Source: an uncultured virus (IMG/VR IMGVR_UViG_3300021091_000023) (Duplodnaviria > Heunggongvirae > Uroviricota > Caudoviricetes). From it: a DNA stretch of 55,089 nt. Both the position numbers and the translations under genes were made by a program. The notes under the pieces are model-generated. The model had not been told where the DNA came from and searched no databases. It saw only the letters and a program-made list of their open reading frames with translations. The DNA lies in the IMG/VR virus record IMGVR_UViG_3300021091_000023; one strand, given 5' to 3'. Shown piece by piece: positions 41,013 through 50,726 of the stretch (positions are counted from its first letter, which is position 1; the number at the start of each line of letters is the position of its first letter).

Positions 41013-41988
41013 GAAGAACTATTACGAAATTTTAGGTGTGGGTGAAGAAGCCACACAAGACGATATTAAAAAATCTTATAGAAAATTAAGTAAACAATAT
41101 CATCCAGATGTAAACCCTGAAGGTGAAGAAAAATTTAAAGACATTTCAGAAGCATATGATAATATTGGAGAACCTAAAAAAAGAGAAGAATACGATATAA
41201 GACGTAAAAATCCATTTAGTCATATGGGGTCTGGTGGATTTGACATACATAGTATGTTTGAACAAATGATGGGACAACAAAGAAGACAACCAAAAGCACC
41301 TGATAAAATTGTCGAAGTGGTATTGACTCCCGTTGAGTCTTTTTTTGGTGTAAAAAAAGATATTGAATTTGAAAGTTTTGAAAAATGTGATCCATGTAAT
41401 GGTAGTGGTGGAGAAAGAAACACATGTAACGTTTGTAATGGATCGGGTGTGGTCATACAAGTTTTAGGGACTGGCCTTTTCAGACAACAAATACAAATGA
41501 CATGTGGCCAGTGCAAGGGACATGGATTTACAATTTCAATAAAATGCACAACATGTAATGCCACAGGTACAAATAAAAAAAATCAAAAGTATAACGTAAC
41601 AATTCCTAAAAATATTGATGACGGTGACTTTTTAAGATTAAAAGAAAAAGGAGATTATCACCCTAATATAAGATTGAAAGGTGATGTTATTTTAAAAGTA
41701 ACCATGAATAATTCTGGCGATTATGAAAAGATTGGCATGGATTTGGTATTAAAAAAGAAACTTGACGCATATGACTTTTTTACTTCTGATACTGTTTCAA
41801 TAGAACACCCTGAAGGTGAATTGAAAATAAAACTACCGGATAATGTCGACACAGAAAAACCTTTAAGAATACCTAATAAAGGGTTTAATAATCAGCACCA
41901 AAAAGGTAATTTCTTTATTAAACTTTCAGTAAAAAAAGATCAAGAAACTAGAGAAAAATTAAAAAATATTTTAAAAGAAGTTAATTAA
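41011..41988 (+). CDS. dnaJ: DnaJ chaperone
   Basis: NYYEILGV, HPD, G/F region, four CxxCxGxG-type repeats, C-terminal domain. Confidence 0.93.
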   Translation: MKNYYEILGVGEEATQDDIKKSYRKLSKQYHPDVNPEGEEKFKDISEAYDNIGEPKKREEYDIRRKNPFSHMGSGGFDIHSMFEQMMGQQRRQPKAPDKIVEVVLTPVESFFGVKKDIEFESFEKCDPCNGSGGERNTCNVCNGSGVVIQVLGTGLFRQQIQMTCGQCKGHGFTISIKCTTCNATGTNKKNQKYNVTIPKNIDDGDFLRLKEKGDYHPNIRLKGDVILKVTMNNSGDYEKIGMDLVLKKKLDAYDFFTSDTVSIEHPEGELKIKLPDNVDTEKPLRIPNKGFNNQHQKGNFFIKLSVKKDQETREKLKNILKEVN

Positions 41989-42162
41989 ATTCTCAATAAT
42001 TTTATATGTCCCATAAATTGATGAAAAAAGAATATAAAACGATAAAAGTAATAACCATTTTTGTGTATTAGATAAAGGATCTTTACAACTTTTACAACCA
42101 TTAACTTGTGTTGATTCTTTTTTTAAGTCTTTAATTTCTGAGTCATTAATTTTAAATTCCAT
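41971..42162 (-). CDS. small membrane protein with GCKSCK motif
   Basis: CxxC then a TM helix; TACTTAT upstream on the minus strand (42184-42190). Confidence 0.65.
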   Translation of the reverse strand: MEFKINDSEIKDLKKESTQVNGCKSCKDPLSNTQKWLLLLSFYILFSSIYGTYKIIENLINFF

Positions 42163-42197
42163 AATATTTTGTTTTTATTAATCATAAGTATTTCAAA

Positions 42198-42227
42198 TTG
42201 ACTTTTAAATAAAAAAAATTATTTTTG
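42198..42227 (+). promoter_or_regulatory. Bacteroidota-type promoter
   Basis: TTG-19 nt-TATTTTTG before the dam-like gene. Confidence 0.6.
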
Positions 42228-42239
42228 TAATAAAAAATC

Positions 42240-43079
42240 ATGTTAAGTTATATTGGAGGTAAAAGTAAGATTGGAAAGTGGATAGTCCCTTTCTATGATA
42301 AAGATATGGAAGTCTATTTAGAGACTTTTGGGGGGATGTTTTGGTGTTTTTATAACATGGACCTAAAACAATACCCTAACCTAAAGAAAGTTGTTTATAA
42401 CGACTTTAATCCCTTAAACTACAATCTATTCAAGTGTGTACAGAACCCATCTGAATTGTTAAAAGCAATCAATTCAATTGACTGTCAAAAACAAGGTGTT
42501 GATCTAACACCTGAAATTTATAAAGAACAATTTATCAGGTTTCAGGATGAAATTTTTAATCAAGGTTTCAGCGTAGAACCTGGCGATTATGAAGTTGCGG
42601 CCAAATACGTTTATATTTTAACACAAGTATTCAGTGGATCAAAACCCGAGACCTCAAATTTTATTGACCTTAAAGGGAAATATAAATCAAAATATTTAAC
42701 ATTCAGAGATAAATTAAGTAAACCTGATTGGGTTGAGCATTTTTTAAAAATCACTGATGTTGAAAACATGGATTTCGCCGATGTTATACAAAAGTATGAC
42801 TCACCATCAACACACATTTATTTAGATCCACCATATTGGAAAACTGAAAACTATTATTCAAACCACGATTTTGATAGAGACGATCATGAAAGATTGGCTA
42901 AGACATTACATAATGTTCATAGTAAATTTAGCCTATCTTATTATGATTTCCCGTTATTATCCGAATGGTTTCCTGAAAATGAGTATCGTTGGGTTAAAAA
43001 AGAGTTTGCAAAAGCAGCGTCCGCAAAGAAAGGAGAAAAACAAAATATGGGAGAAGAGTTATTAATCATGAATTACTAA
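42240..43079 (+). CDS. dam: D12-class (Dam-like) N6-adenine DNA methyltransferase
   Basis: YIGGKS, ETFGG, YND, YLDPPY, LSY, ELLIMNY. Confidence 0.9.
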   Translation: MLSYIGGKSKIGKWIVPFYDKDMEVYLETFGGMFWCFYNMDLKQYPNLKKVVYNDFNPLNYNLFKCVQNPSELLKAINSIDCQKQGVDLTPEIYKEQFIRFQDEIFNQGFSVEPGDYEVAAKYVYILTQVFSGSKPETSNFIDLKGKYKSKYLTFRDKLSKPDWVEHFLKITDVENMDFADVIQKYDSPSTHIYLDPPYWKTENYYSNHDFDRDDHERLAKTLHNVHSKFSLSYYDFPLLSEWFPENEYRWVKKEFAKAASAKKGEKQNMGEELLIMNY

Positions 43080-43125
43080 AATATTTTTCTTATATTTGTG
43101 ATATTTATTAATAAAAACTTTAATT

Positions 43126-44499
43126 ATGGCTATTAGATTTACGAGTATTTTAAGAGATTTAATTGTTGAGGGCTCAAGATTCCAAGTACTATTTGACAAA
43201 TATGTAAAACCAAATAAGGAAAAAAGAAAAGGTATGATGACCTTTGAGACTTTGTTTGCTATTATTGCGGCTGACCCTACATCAAGAATTCCTGAAGGAC
43301 TGGATATTGACAACGCGAAACCACAAGATATGGAAAAAGTAAAAATTGGAAAATACACCCAATGGTTACTTAGAAACTTCACAACACCAAATATTGATTT
43401 AAGTAGTGGTGTTACAGACCCTAATAGTCCTGCAGTTAAACAAGCAATTAAAGAATACCAAGAATTGTTTTTAGAAGACCTTTATAAAGTTACAGGTGAC
43501 TTAATGAAGTATGAAAGATTTAAAAATAGATTACCACAAGAGTATAGAGATATTAATAAATTAACACCTGAAACACTTTACGATCAAGTAAAAGATTTCA
43601 GTTTAGAAAAAACTAAAGCAACCGCAGAAGAAAAGAAAGAGGCATCAACAACTTACGAACACCCAGGAGCAGAAGAAGTTAAGAGATTTAGTAATTGGAC
43701 TGTTGTTAAAATTTCAAACACAGGTCAGTTAGGTAAAGACGCAGCATGTTTTTATGGTGGTTATTATTTAGAACCACAAAAAGGTGAAACAAGATGGTGT
43801 ACATCATCACCTGGTCTTACTTGGTTTGATAGATATATTAAAGATGGACCTTTATATGTTGTTATTCCTAATTCACCAACTAAATTTACAGGAAGTATGG
43901 ATATTGGTGAAAAAACAGGGCTTCCAGCATTGAGATACCAATTTCACTTCCCATCTAATCAATACATGGACCCGGCGGATAGAAATGTTGATTTAGTTCA
44001 ATTTTTAAGTAAACAAGAAGAAGGTCTTAAAGAATACTTTAAACCTGAGTTCATGAAAGGTCTTTCACAAAATAATGGTGAAAAAGTTTCTGTTAATTAC
44101 CCAGGAGACTCAGCATCTAAATTTATAGCACTGTATGGTTTTGATGAGTTCTTTGACACGTTACCTGAAAACATTAAAAGATTAGAATTCACACATAAAG
44201 GAGGAGAATCATTCAACTTAAACTTACCTGAAAGAATTGGTGACTTCAAACAGTTAAGTGCATTACACCTTGTTGGTTGTGTATCTAAAATACCTGATAG
44301 TATTTGTAATTTGAAAGATTTGAAATTCTTATCATTACCCGATAATCCAAACCTTCAACCATTACCTGCTTGTTTAGCGGACTTACCAAAACTATCAATT
44401 ATTAATATTAAAAACAGTAAAACTGACGGCACTATTCCTGACGCATTAAGACAAAGAGCAGAAAGAGACGGAAACTTCTTTATTTTCGATACAAAGTAA
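43126..44499 (+). CDS. tagged protein with central WCTS domain and C-terminal leucine-rich repeats
   Basis: TATTTAT at 43102; LPERIGDFKQLSALHL / IPDSICNLKDLKFLSL / LPACLADLPKLSIINI LRRs. Confidence 0.75.
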   Translation: MAIRFTSILRDLIVEGSRFQVLFDKYVKPNKEKRKGMMTFETLFAIIAADPTSRIPEGLDIDNAKPQDMEKVKIGKYTQWLLRNFTTPNIDLSSGVTDPNSPAVKQAIKEYQELFLEDLYKVTGDLMKYERFKNRLPQEYRDINKLTPETLYDQVKDFSLEKTKATAEEKKEASTTYEHPGAEEVKRFSNWTVVKISNTGQLGKDAACFYGGYYLEPQKGETRWCTSSPGLTWFDRYIKDGPLYVVIPNSPTKFTGSMDIGEKTGLPALRYQFHFPSNQYMDPADRNVDLVQFLSKQEEGLKEYFKPEFMKGLSQNNGEKVSVNYPGDSASKFIALYGFDEFFDTLPENIKRLEFTHKGGESFNLNLPERIGDFKQLSALHLVGCVSKIPDSICNLKDLKFLSLPDNPNLQPLPACLADLPKLSIINIKNSKTDGTIPDALRQRAERDGNFFIFDTK

Positions 44500-44550
44500 A
44501 AAGTTTCAAATAAATTTCTTATCTTTGTTTATTGATAAAAAAATAAAGTT

Positions 44551-44832
44551 ATGGGAAATTTAGATGTTGAAATATATATGACAAACTTTAAGGGTTTTTT
44601 CGATAAAAACCCCGAACAGTTAAAACAACTCATAGGGAATATTAATTCCAATGAATTTTTTGACGGAGTTAGAAAAATAGTCGAGGAAAATTCAGAAGAT
44701 GAAGAAAAAGCGCTCGAACCAACAAGAAAACAACTTATAGATTTAATTTTAAAACTCAACGGTGATAAAACTGCGGTAGATAAAATACTACCATATATGC
44801 AACACCACATGGGTTTAATATGTATGAATTAG
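44551..44832 (+). CDS. hypothetical protein
   Basis: 93 aa; TATCTTTG at 44520 upstream. Confidence 0.7.
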   Translation: MGNLDVEIYMTNFKGFFDKNPEQLKQLIGNINSNEFFDGVRKIVEENSEDEEKALEPTRKQLIDLILKLNGDKTAVDKILPYMQHHMGLICMN

Positions 44833-44853
44833 TAACCTTTTAATTTTTAGTTT

Positions 44854-46536
44854 ATGTCAGATATGACAGTCCTTTTTAAAGATGAGATCAAAGATTATGA
44901 AACTTATTTTTATGAAAATTTTAATGTTTTAGATGCTGAGAAAGATCCATTTGAATCACGATATATAAATAGAAATTATAACAATAAATCTTATGTTGGT
45001 AATTTTACCAGTAAATCAGGTAAAGAATCTGTATTAAGAGGAGAAGAAGTTTATTTAAAAAACTACTCCAATTTATTAACTAGTTGTTATTTAAATAGAC
45101 ATTTATATGTTATTGAAGAAAATGAAGATAAAATCGCGTTAAAAGTATTCACTTACAGAAACTATAGAGAAGTTGGAAAAAGATATTTTAAAACAAGAAA
45201 AACAATAACTTATTTAACATTCAACTTCAAAAGAAAACTATTTTATAGTGGTGAAGCTCAATTCAAAAGAAAACAAAAAATAGGTTTTATTAATAAAATT
45301 AATATCACAAATCTTCATAATACAAGGATTTTTCCTGTGTTGTCTTATTACAAACATGGGAATATTGTTGCAGACAATTTATTTAATATTTTCTTAAATA
45401 GAATTATTGAAAAATTAGGACTTAATATCGAATTAAATAAAAAACCAAAAGAGAAGTATTATGAAATTATTCTTCAAAATGGGAAAATTAAATACCCAAA
45501 CGCATTTTTAAAGTTTTCTGAAATGTTTGCACCATTTAAAGATGTTAGAAAATATGATGCTAACTTGGTTACATGGTTAATGAAAAAAAACAATTTAAAA
45601 GGTAGAAAAATAAAATCATTACTTAATATGTATAATAATATTGACCTTAATAGTTTATATCAACTATATAATATTTTAGGGCAAGATTTATTTAATAAAA
45701 TTAAAGATGAGGTTTTTATAACTGAAAAAATTGATTCATATTATAACCCAATTCGTGAAGAAATACCGGCAGGTCTTTTTTTAACAAAAAAAGAAAAAGA
45801 AAATATTGTTTTACTTTTAAATGAAACAAAATCAGAAAATTTTATGAATTTGTTAAGTGACCATTTAAGATTTAAAATTAAATTGGAACATTTTGGTGAA
45901 AACGTTAAATTATTGGCCAAAAATAGACATGAATTTAACCATGAACACTCAGAATGGGCAACACTTATTGATTCATACAGTAAAGGACATGTTACAAGAT
46001 TTTATGGTGAAGATTCGGTTTTGGTTGAAGACCCAATATATACCCATGATAATACATATTTCCCAATACTTTTTAAAACCACAGAACAATATCAAGGAGA
46101 ATCAATTCACCAGCACAACTGTGTAAGAACATACTCTGAAAAACCGTATTGTTTTATTGTTTCATTAAGAAAAGGAGATAAAGATGACACAGAAAGAGCA
46201 ACAATAGAATACCAATTCACAAGAGACGGTTTAAAAAGAGTGCAAACTTTAGGTAAATATAACATGCCACTAACGGATGAATGGATCATTCCTCTAGATG
46301 AGTTAGATAAAAGGATTGATTATCTTTTTAGAAAAGAATTTATAAAATTACCTATCATGGTAAGAGAATTTAAAAACGGTAAAACAATGAGGAGTTTTGC
46401 AAAATTTAAAGAATTTGATAAAACAAAACCTGTTTATGACATTTACCCGATATGGGTTAATGAAGTAAATGAAAAAGGAATCATAGATATTAACGATTAT
46501 AATTATTTTGAAGAACTATTTATAGATCTACCTTAA
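44854..46536 (+). CDS. PcfJ-like domain protein
   Basis: ESIHQHNCVRTY...IVSLR...RATIEY...VQTLGKYN. Confidence 0.75.
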   Translation: MSDMTVLFKDEIKDYETYFYENFNVLDAEKDPFESRYINRNYNNKSYVGNFTSKSGKESVLRGEEVYLKNYSNLLTSCYLNRHLYVIEENEDKIALKVFTYRNYREVGKRYFKTRKTITYLTFNFKRKLFYSGEAQFKRKQKIGFINKINITNLHNTRIFPVLSYYKHGNIVADNLFNIFLNRIIEKLGLNIELNKKPKEKYYEIILQNGKIKYPNAFLKFSEMFAPFKDVRKYDANLVTWLMKKNNLKGRKIKSLLNMYNNIDLNSLYQLYNILGQDLFNKIKDEVFITEKIDSYYNPIREEIPAGLFLTKKEKENIVLLLNETKSENFMNLLSDHLRFKIKLEHFGENVKLLAKNRHEFNHEHSEWATLIDSYSKGHVTRFYGEDSVLVEDPIYTHDNTYFPILFKTTEQYQGESIHQHNCVRTYSEKPYCFIVSLRKGDKDDTERATIEYQFTRDGLKRVQTLGKYNMPLTDEWIIPLDELDKRIDYLFRKEFIKLPIMVREFKNGKTMRSFAKFKEFDKTKPVYDIYPIWVNEVNEKGIIDINDYNYFEELFIDLP

Positions 46537-46538
46537 AC

Positions 46539-46877
46539 ATGGAAAATAAAGACATTATTCCGGATCATATTATCGAACTCTACAAAGTAAAACATAATTA
46601 TTATCCATCAATACTGAAAACGAAAAATATTACAAATCAAGGGTTGACAAAGCTTATTGAAAATAATAGTATTGAATGGTTGGATAGTGAGTTTGACGGA
46701 AAAAAACAAAATTATCTGCAGGGTGCGATAAATTTTGGTAAAACCAATATTTTGTTATTTTTTAAAAAAATGCAACACGAAAATATTTTTACTATTAAAA
46801 TTTTATACTCATTTAATGATATTAATAATGTAAATTTATTGCTCGTAGGGTTAAATAAATATTTTACAATAGATTGA
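46539..46877 (+). CDS. hypothetical protein
   Basis: 112-aa ORF in the operon. Confidence 0.65.
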   Translation: MENKDIIPDHIIELYKVKHNYYPSILKTKNITNQGLTKLIENNSIEWLDSEFDGKKQNYLQGAINFGKTNILLFFKKMQHENIFTIKILYSFNDINNVNLLLVGLNKYFTID

Positions 46878-46878
46878 A

Positions 46879-47163
46879 ATGAAAGTAACGGTATTATACA
46901 CAATGAAGGGTTGTCCTTTTTGTACAATGATTAAAGAAGAATTAGAAAAAAATAATATTCCTTTTTTAGAAAGAGATATTTATGATTATCACGAAGAATA
47001 TGAAGAGTTTACAAAAGTGACTGAAAATGAATACGTACCGGCTTTAATGTTACTGACTTTGGATGATAAAGATAATGCAAGCGATGTTCATCTTTTGGCA
47101 CCTGATAGAGATTTTCAGGACATATATGAAGGGGTTGAGATAGTAAAGAGATATGTTCTATAA
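46879..47163 (+). CDS. glutaredoxin
   Basis: LYTMKGCPFC and YVP motifs. Confidence 0.88.
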   Translation: MKVTVLYTMKGCPFCTMIKEELEKNNIPFLERDIYDYHEEYEEFTKVTENEYVPALMLLTLDDKDNASDVHLLAPDRDFQDIYEGVEIVKRYVL

Positions 47164-48024
47164 AAACATTAAATCCCTTGTACCGATATAATTTTCCCAA
47201 CATGGACTGTATTTCATATCAGTCAAATAAGATAATAAATCGAATTCAGATAAGTCAAATTCTTCTTTTATTTCTGATAACTCAAAACTAAAATTATCTA
47301 AAATTAAACTCTCAAGTTTTTCACTATTAATTGTTGTTTTATTAGTAACCGAAAGATTTATATTTTGAGAATCAATATCTTCGTAATTATTTTCAGATGA
47401 TACTAAAAGGTTCAATTTATTCGAAAACCCCCTACTCAACAAGTTAAATGAAATTTTATTTAATAAGAAATGATAATATTTTTCATCATTATTTGATAGA
47501 CCATAAATTAAATCTGAAAAGTATATATTGTTAGAAAAGTCATCTTTTATACAATTATATCCATTAAACTTAGAAGAAATATACTCATGATTGTACTCTA
47601 CAACGTTTTCAAAATCATAAAATAAATTTTTATCATGAACCTTTAAATTTAAATAGTAACCTTCTTTTTGTAATTCATTACAAATTACCCTTAACTCACT
47701 TTCTACCCTTTTTGATTTTTTGTCGTAATTAATATTGATATTTAACTTACCATCAATTTTTTTGTTATAAATTATAGTATCAATCACTCTGACCGATTTT
47801 ACTAAATTTTCATCATAACCTTGATATAAGTCTGATAAAATGTTTGAAATATTAACTATATTTTCTGACGATGTAAAACCTCTGACAATAAAAAAACTCC
47901 TGACGTTTATAACTATTATTTCTGTTATGGCATCAGGAGATAGTTCATTTATTTCTTTTACAATAAGGTCTGCGAAAATATTACATAGGTTTTTACCCGA
48001 TAAAAAACTTGAAACTTCAATCAT
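47158..48024 (-). CDS. degenerate S-adenosylmethionine synthetase (MetK)-like protein
   Basis: N- and C-terminal segments follow the MetK pattern by eye, but GHPDK, GAGDQG and GGGAFSGKD are absent. Confidence 0.55.
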   Translation of the reverse strand: MIEVSSFLSGKNLCNIFADLIVKEINELSPDAITEIIVINVRSFFIVRGFTSSENIVNISNILSDLYQGYDENLVKSVRVIDTIIYNKKIDGKLNININYDKKSKRVESELRVICNELQKEGYYLNLKVHDKNLFYDFENVVEYNHEYISSKFNGYNCIKDDFSNNIYFSDLIYGLSNNDEKYYHFLLNKISFNLLSRGFSNKLNLLVSSENNYEDIDSQNINLSVTNKTTINSEKLESLILDNFSFELSEIKEEFDLSEFDLLSYLTDMKYSPCWENYIGTRDLMFL

Positions 48025-48089
48025 ATTTTTATTTTAATTTTTTATTTTTAATTAATGTTATAAAAAATTAAAATATGACTAAATAGTTA

Positions 48090-48224
48090 TTACTTTTTGT
48101 TGTAATACTTTTCTACGATTTTTTGTACTGCCGCCTTAACATTATTATTGTTAGACTGTTGTTGTGTCTGAACAGGTTGTTGAGCCTGTTGACCGTTGTT
48201 TTTGTTTTTACAACCACATCCCAT
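48090..48224 (-). CDS. 44-aa MGCGCK small protein (not in ORF track)
   Basis: MGCGCKNKNNGQQAQQPVQTQQQSNNNNVKAAVQKIVEKYYNKK; TATTTAT on the minus strand at 48255-48261. Confidence 0.75.
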   Translation of the reverse strand: MGCGCKNKNNGQQAQQPVQTQQQSNNNNVKAAVQKIVEKYYNKK

Positions 48225-48309
48225 GACTAAATTTTTTAGAGGTTTATTTTATATATAAATATTTATAAAGTATGTTTATTCATTTGTCAATATAAACTAT
48301 TTATAAAAT

Positions 48310-49491
48310 ATGAGTTTAAATTCCATAATAAGAAAGATAATCAAAGAAGAAACCGAAGAGTGGGTTGACGTTAGTCCTGAAGAGTATAAAGAACTTTTGG
48401 CTTATGTTAATGGTGATGGTTCATTTATTAAAAGACTTCCTGACTATAAGGGTAAAAAAATTAGAATCACCGGTGATTTAGTTTTTGGAAATAAAGAAGG
48501 CGTCAAAAATATTGATAGTATTGATTATATTGAAGGAAATTTAGATATCGGATATACAAAAATTCCATTTTTTGATAAAAATAAAGTAAGAGGAAGAATG
48601 GATTATTGGGGTTCTGAAATGCAAAGAATAGAAAAACAAAAAATATACGAAGAAAGAATTGCATATCAAAACGAATTAAGAGAAGAAGGTGCTTGGAATG
48701 TTGAAAATGATGATAAAGAATCAAATGAAACAGAAGCCATTTTTATGTACTTAGAAGAAAGAGGAGTACCAACAGAAGATGAAGATAAGTATTTTTTAGT
48801 TAAAGAAAAATACAAACACTATGGCGATTCAAGTGTTTATTTGTGGTTGGGTGGAAAAGTTTTTGAAAGTGAATATGTTGTTTATGAAGGTGATGAAATA
48901 TATGAAGCAGCAAAAGAAAAACTTGAATCACTAATTGAAGAACTTGGTTTTGATGCATTCAGAGAACACGTTTGGGAAAACCATATTGATGAAAGATACG
49001 TAAGAGACTACCTTTATGAAGATTATAGTGAATATATTAGACAAACTCCAGAAGATTGGAATATAAATAAAGAATTAACGGAACAACAAAAACAATATTT
49101 AGAAATACACCAAGCAAGTATTGATAGATTAAATCAAAAACTTGAACAAGGTGGATTAACTGATGAAGAACAAGAAGAAATTGAAAACGACATTTACGAC
49201 TACGAACAATTAATGGAAGACATTAAAGAAAATCCAGAAGGTGATTATAATGAGCAAGAAATTGAAGACACAATAGAAGGAATGGTCGATGATAATATGG
49301 ACGATATATTTAGTATATTAAAAGATAGAGGGTTTTCTGATCAAAACCTTTTAGATTTTGTTGATGTTGAAGCGGCTATTGATTACGTAATTAGATCTGA
49401 TGGATATGGGGAAACTTTAAATGGTTATGACGGAACAGAAGACTCATATAACATCAACGGAGAGGAATATTATGTTATGAGAAATAACTAA
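48310..49491 (+). CDS. acidic tagged protein, putative internal virion protein
   Basis: TATTTAT at 48298, LNSIIRKIIKEE tag, short I.G.L repeats, very acidic C-terminal half. Confidence 0.7.
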   Translation: MSLNSIIRKIIKEETEEWVDVSPEEYKELLAYVNGDGSFIKRLPDYKGKKIRITGDLVFGNKEGVKNIDSIDYIEGNLDIGYTKIPFFDKNKVRGRMDYWGSEMQRIEKQKIYEERIAYQNELREEGAWNVENDDKESNETEAIFMYLEERGVPTEDEDKYFLVKEKYKHYGDSSVYLWLGGKVFESEYVVYEGDEIYEAAKEKLESLIEELGFDAFREHVWENHIDERYVRDYLYEDYSEYIRQTPEDWNINKELTEQQKQYLEIHQASIDRLNQKLEQGGLTDEEQEEIENDIYDYEQLMEDIKENPEGDYNEQEIEDTIEGMVDDNMDDIFSILKDRGFSDQNLLDFVDVEAAIDYVIRSDGYGETLNGYDGTEDSYNINGEEYYVMRNN

Positions 49492-49541
49492 TCATTTACA
49501 CTAATCAAAAAAACATCTATTTTTTACCTAAAAACATTTTA

Positions 49542-50291
49542 ATGAAAACTGACTGGTTATTTCAAGAACCTATTGATTTAGAACACAAACAATTAACCCT
49601 TTTAGGTTATTTACAAAAATTAGATAAAAACTTAAATAGTTTTAAACTATACCCCCAGTTTCAAGAAATATCATTACACCTTGCAAGTATTAACCTTTTA
49701 ATTGAAAAGGGTCAAATCTTAACACTTAATAGAACATTAAAGGATCCTGATGATGAAATATTAATTTCAGATTTAATACCGGTTGATTGTCCATTATTAA
49801 CAAAAGAAGAAATACTTGAAGTTTATCATGTTTGTAAATATTCATCAACAAAACTTACTGATTACTTTAATCATGCAAAAGCAATTTGGGACATTGTAAA
49901 TGATACTGTTTCAATAGATCCTGTACAAAACCCAAAAAATATTGAACCAAAACAAGGTCTTTTCTTTTTAGACTATAAAGACAAAACATACCTATATGAG
50001 TTTATTATAAAACCAATTAAAAAAGGAAACATTGAAACAAAATGTCACATTAAAAAAATATGTGAATGCCCAAAAGGAGACTTTGACGAAAAATTAAAAG
50101 AAGTAAAAAGACCACTTATTAAAGATTTACAAGACCCAAAGGTGCATAGTAAATTAATTGTTTTTAATGTTAATCAAAATAATAACTACCCTTTAAAAGA
50201 AACATTACTTCCAATCGCAAAAAGAAAAATAATGAACTACATGATACAATCAAAAATTATCAAACACAAAAATTTGACAAATAAAATATAG
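49542..50291 (+). CDS. hypothetical protein
   Basis: 249-aa ORF; TTTACA-17-TATTTT upstream. Confidence 0.75.
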   Translation: MKTDWLFQEPIDLEHKQLTLLGYLQKLDKNLNSFKLYPQFQEISLHLASINLLIEKGQILTLNRTLKDPDDEILISDLIPVDCPLLTKEEILEVYHVCKYSSTKLTDYFNHAKAIWDIVNDTVSIDPVQNPKNIEPKQGLFFLDYKDKTYLYEFIIKPIKKGNIETKCHIKKICECPKGDFDEKLKEVKRPLIKDLQDPKVHSKLIVFNVNQNNNYPLKETLLPIAKRKIMNYMIQSKIIKHKNLTNKI

Positions 50292-50304
50292 TTTGATATT
50301 ATTG
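50273..50304 (+). promoter_or_regulatory. early promoter (hybrid consensus)
   Basis: TTTGACA, then TATTATTG 17 nt after TTGACA. Confidence 0.65.
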
Positions 50305-50317
50305 AAATAAAAAAGTC

Positions 50318-50512
50318 ATGGTAGTAAAACAAAGATCATTAAACGAGTTAAGACAAGAAAAAGAGTTCGGATACAAACATCCGGTAACTAAAAACAAATC
50401 AATTGATGTTGACCCAAAACACATTATTGAGTTGATGAAAAAATACCCTAACGATGCTGATTTAGGTAAACAAGTAAGAAGTTATTTAATTGAACTTGGA
50501 ATTTATGAGTAA
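50318..50512 (+). CDS. hypothetical protein
   Basis: YPNDADLGKQVR motif. Confidence 0.7.
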   Translation: MVVKQRSLNELRQEKEFGYKHPVTKNKSIDVDPKHIIELMKKYPNDADLGKQVRSYLIELGIYE

Positions 50513-50726
50513 AGAACAAGTAAATCACCCTGAACATTATGGAGGAGAGACAAACCCGTATGAAGCAATTAAAGTGATAGATGCTTGGGATCTTGGGTTT
50601 AGTTTAGGAAATACCGTAAAATATATTTCAAGAGCCGGTAAAAAAGAAAAAGATAAAGAGTTGCAAGACCTAAAAAAGGCGTTGTGGTATTTACAACACC
50701 ATATTGATACATTAGAGAAAAAATGA
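50505..50726 (+). CDS. DUF3310 family protein (T7 gp1.7-like)
   Basis: VNHPEHY, EAIKVI, LGNTVKYISRAGKK, DLKKALWYL. Confidence 0.88.
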   Translation: MSKEQVNHPEHYGGETNPYEAIKVIDAWDLGFSLGNTVKYISRAGKKEKDKELQDLKKALWYLQHHIDTLEKK

